Source of the DNA: Neocallimastix sp. 'constans'
Taxonomy: Eukaryota
Reading direction: 5' to 3'
Length of the DNA stretch: 64,000 nucleotides
Assembly: GCA_050613775.1 (NCBI GenBank)
Contig: JBODTK010000011.1
Span: 1-64,000, forward strand
Positions 61,840-64,000 of the stretch are shown piece by piece. Made by a program: the position numbers and the translations under genes. How positions within the stretch are numbered: the first letter of the stretch is position 1; each line of letters begins with the position of its first letter. The notes under the pieces were generated by a model that made no database searches, had not been told where the DNA came from, and saw only the letters and a list, made by a program, of their open reading frames with translations.

Positions 61840-62682
61840 CAAATGGTACATAATTGAAGATTATTTTAAAAAAAATAATATATTCTAATAATAAAATTTT
61901 AATTTTTCTCTAATAAAAATAAATATTATTTTAACTATTCTAATATTAATAACTTAAATAAATAATTTAATAAATTTTATCTTTAAAATTATAACTATTT
62001 TACTTAACAATCTAAATATTTAAAACTAACCAAAATTATTTTTATCCTTAATCGTAACAAAAACACAAAAAAACAAAACTTAACAATTTATTAAGAGAAT
62101 AATTTAATTTTACTTATTTATTTAATTATTTAATTATTCTAATTAAAAATATTTAATAATTCATTCTCGAAAAATTAAAAGAAAAATATAAAAATAAAGT
62201 TGAAAGAAGAGGAAGAACTAAAGTATTGTTTTACTTTGTTCTTTTTATATCTTTAAAACATTTATTTGAATGGAGTAAAAATAAAAATATAAAATATAAT
62301 AAAAATATAATAACAAAAATATATTAATTTTATAATAATAAAATATAATAAAATATAATTTTAATATAATATTTAATATAAGATAATAATAAAAATATAA
62401 TATAATAAAGTATAATAAAAATTTTATAATAAAAATATAAATAATAATAAATATAATTTTAATTATTTATAATAAAATATCTAATTGTTTACTATTACAA
62501 TATTAAATAAATACAATTAATACATTATTTTAAATAATTTAGTTATTTATACATTATTTAATTTCATTATTATATATTTTAATACTTTAATATTTTATTC
62601 TTATTTATTCATTAATTAACCTTAATAGTTTATTTAATTTTTTATATATTTTTTTATTTATTATTTGTATCGTAACACAAAT

Positions 62683-63687
62683 TGATACGGGCTGGGGTTG
62701 AAACACTAAGATATTCAAAACAAAAAAAAATAAATATTAACACATAACTATAAAAATAAATTTGGAAACAAGAAAAAAAAATTAAATTTTAAAATATTCT
62801 TTATTTAAATTTAAAATTAAAATTATTTGTTCCAAGTATTAAAAAGAAAGAAATTTATTCTTCTTTTTATACTTTTATTTTAATATATTTTATTTATTAT
62901 TAATATATTCTTTATAAAAAAAAAACTATTATAACTATTTTATTTTAATTTTTAACTATTATTTTAAATTATTTTTAAAAAAAATAACATTTATTAAATT
63001 AAAATATAAAAATTAATTTAGAGATTGTATCACGAAGGGCATTCCGGGTGGTAGCTTCTTCTTGATATTGTTTTCAAAGAGAGAATTATACAGAATTGAT
63101 ATTTTCTGTATTTTAGATCAATTTTATAATTGAAATTCTTCTGTATTTTAGTTCATTTTTATTTTAATAAAGATTTAATTTATTTTTGATTTTTGTTTTA
63201 TTTTTAGTTTATTTCAAAGGTTTAGAAAATATTATACAGAAACTTATAATTCTGTATTTTATATCAAATATTTATTGAAATAGTCTTTTATTATACTTAA
63301 TTAAAAATATGAATTTAGTAATGATTTAAATTTTATATAATTTTTAATAAGAATATTTAGTAATAATTTTATTATATTTGATATTAAAAGATTTTTATTA
63401 GAATATTTAAAAATAATTTTTATTATATTTAATATTAATAAAAGATTTTAAAAGAATATTTAATAATAATTTTTATTATATTTGATATTAATAAAAGAAT
63501 ATTTAATAATAATTTATATTATTTTTAATATTAATAAAAGAAATTTATAAGAATATTTAATAATAATTTTTATTATACTTGATATTAATAAAAGATTTTA
63601 ATAATAAGATTTAATTATAGTTTTTATTTTATTATTATTATAAGTATTTAATAGGAAATACAAGGTATTTAGTGACACCCCGTATCA
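62683..63687 (-). mobile_element. Solo LTR (1005 bp) with 4-bp TSD AAAT
   Basis: TGATAC...GTATCA termini flanked by AAAT on both sides; internal ~40-bp AT-rich tandem array expanded relative to the other copies. Confidence 0.88.
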
Positions 63688-64000
63688 AAATTGATAAATA
63701 ATAACTATTATGTTTATTTATTAAAATTATATATATTTATATATAAAATACTTTTTAATTTCATTATAAAAATTTATGATATAAAAAAATAATAGATTAT
63801 TATTAGTATTATATATAAACTATTAATAATTCTTAATATTTTATTATTATTTCTAAAGAATATTTTATTATAAAATTATAATTATTATTTTATTATTATT
63901 ACTGATTGGATATTATTGTTACACCAATTTTAGAATATAAAAATAATTATTTTAAAAAAATATTTTTAATCTCTCTCTTTTGAATAAATAAAATTTTTTA

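Overview
Extremely AT-rich, intron-containing eukaryotic DNA with Asn-rich ORFs and (AAT)n tracts. It is most consistent with an anaerobic gut fungus (Neocallimastigomycota); this is an inference from composition and gene content. Only two apparently host genes are supported. One is an intronless C2H2 zinc-finger factor (2536-4287). The other is a 16-exon leucine-rich-repeat (LRR) receptor-like gene (~14866-19519) that the ORF track misses, because most LRRs sit on their own 66-nt phase-2 exon in an alternating A/B tandem array. The rest is a transposon graveyard: MULE transposases, copia and gypsy fragments, gag-only LTR elements and solo LTRs. From 36150 to 60732 lies a four-level nest of six LTR elements, each with a readable target-site duplication (TSD). 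Highlights: (1) the modular LRR exon array; (2) five distinct copia-type elements whose primer-binding site (PBS) is complementary to the anticodon arm of tRNA-Lys(CUU), implying half-tRNA priming; (3) a non-autonomous LTR element carrying a decayed ricin-B/CBM13 + GH43 CAZyme gene; (4) a young chromovirus with a complete Tf1-type self-priming structure. Coordinates were counted by hand and may be off by a few bases; fragment boundaries are approximate.
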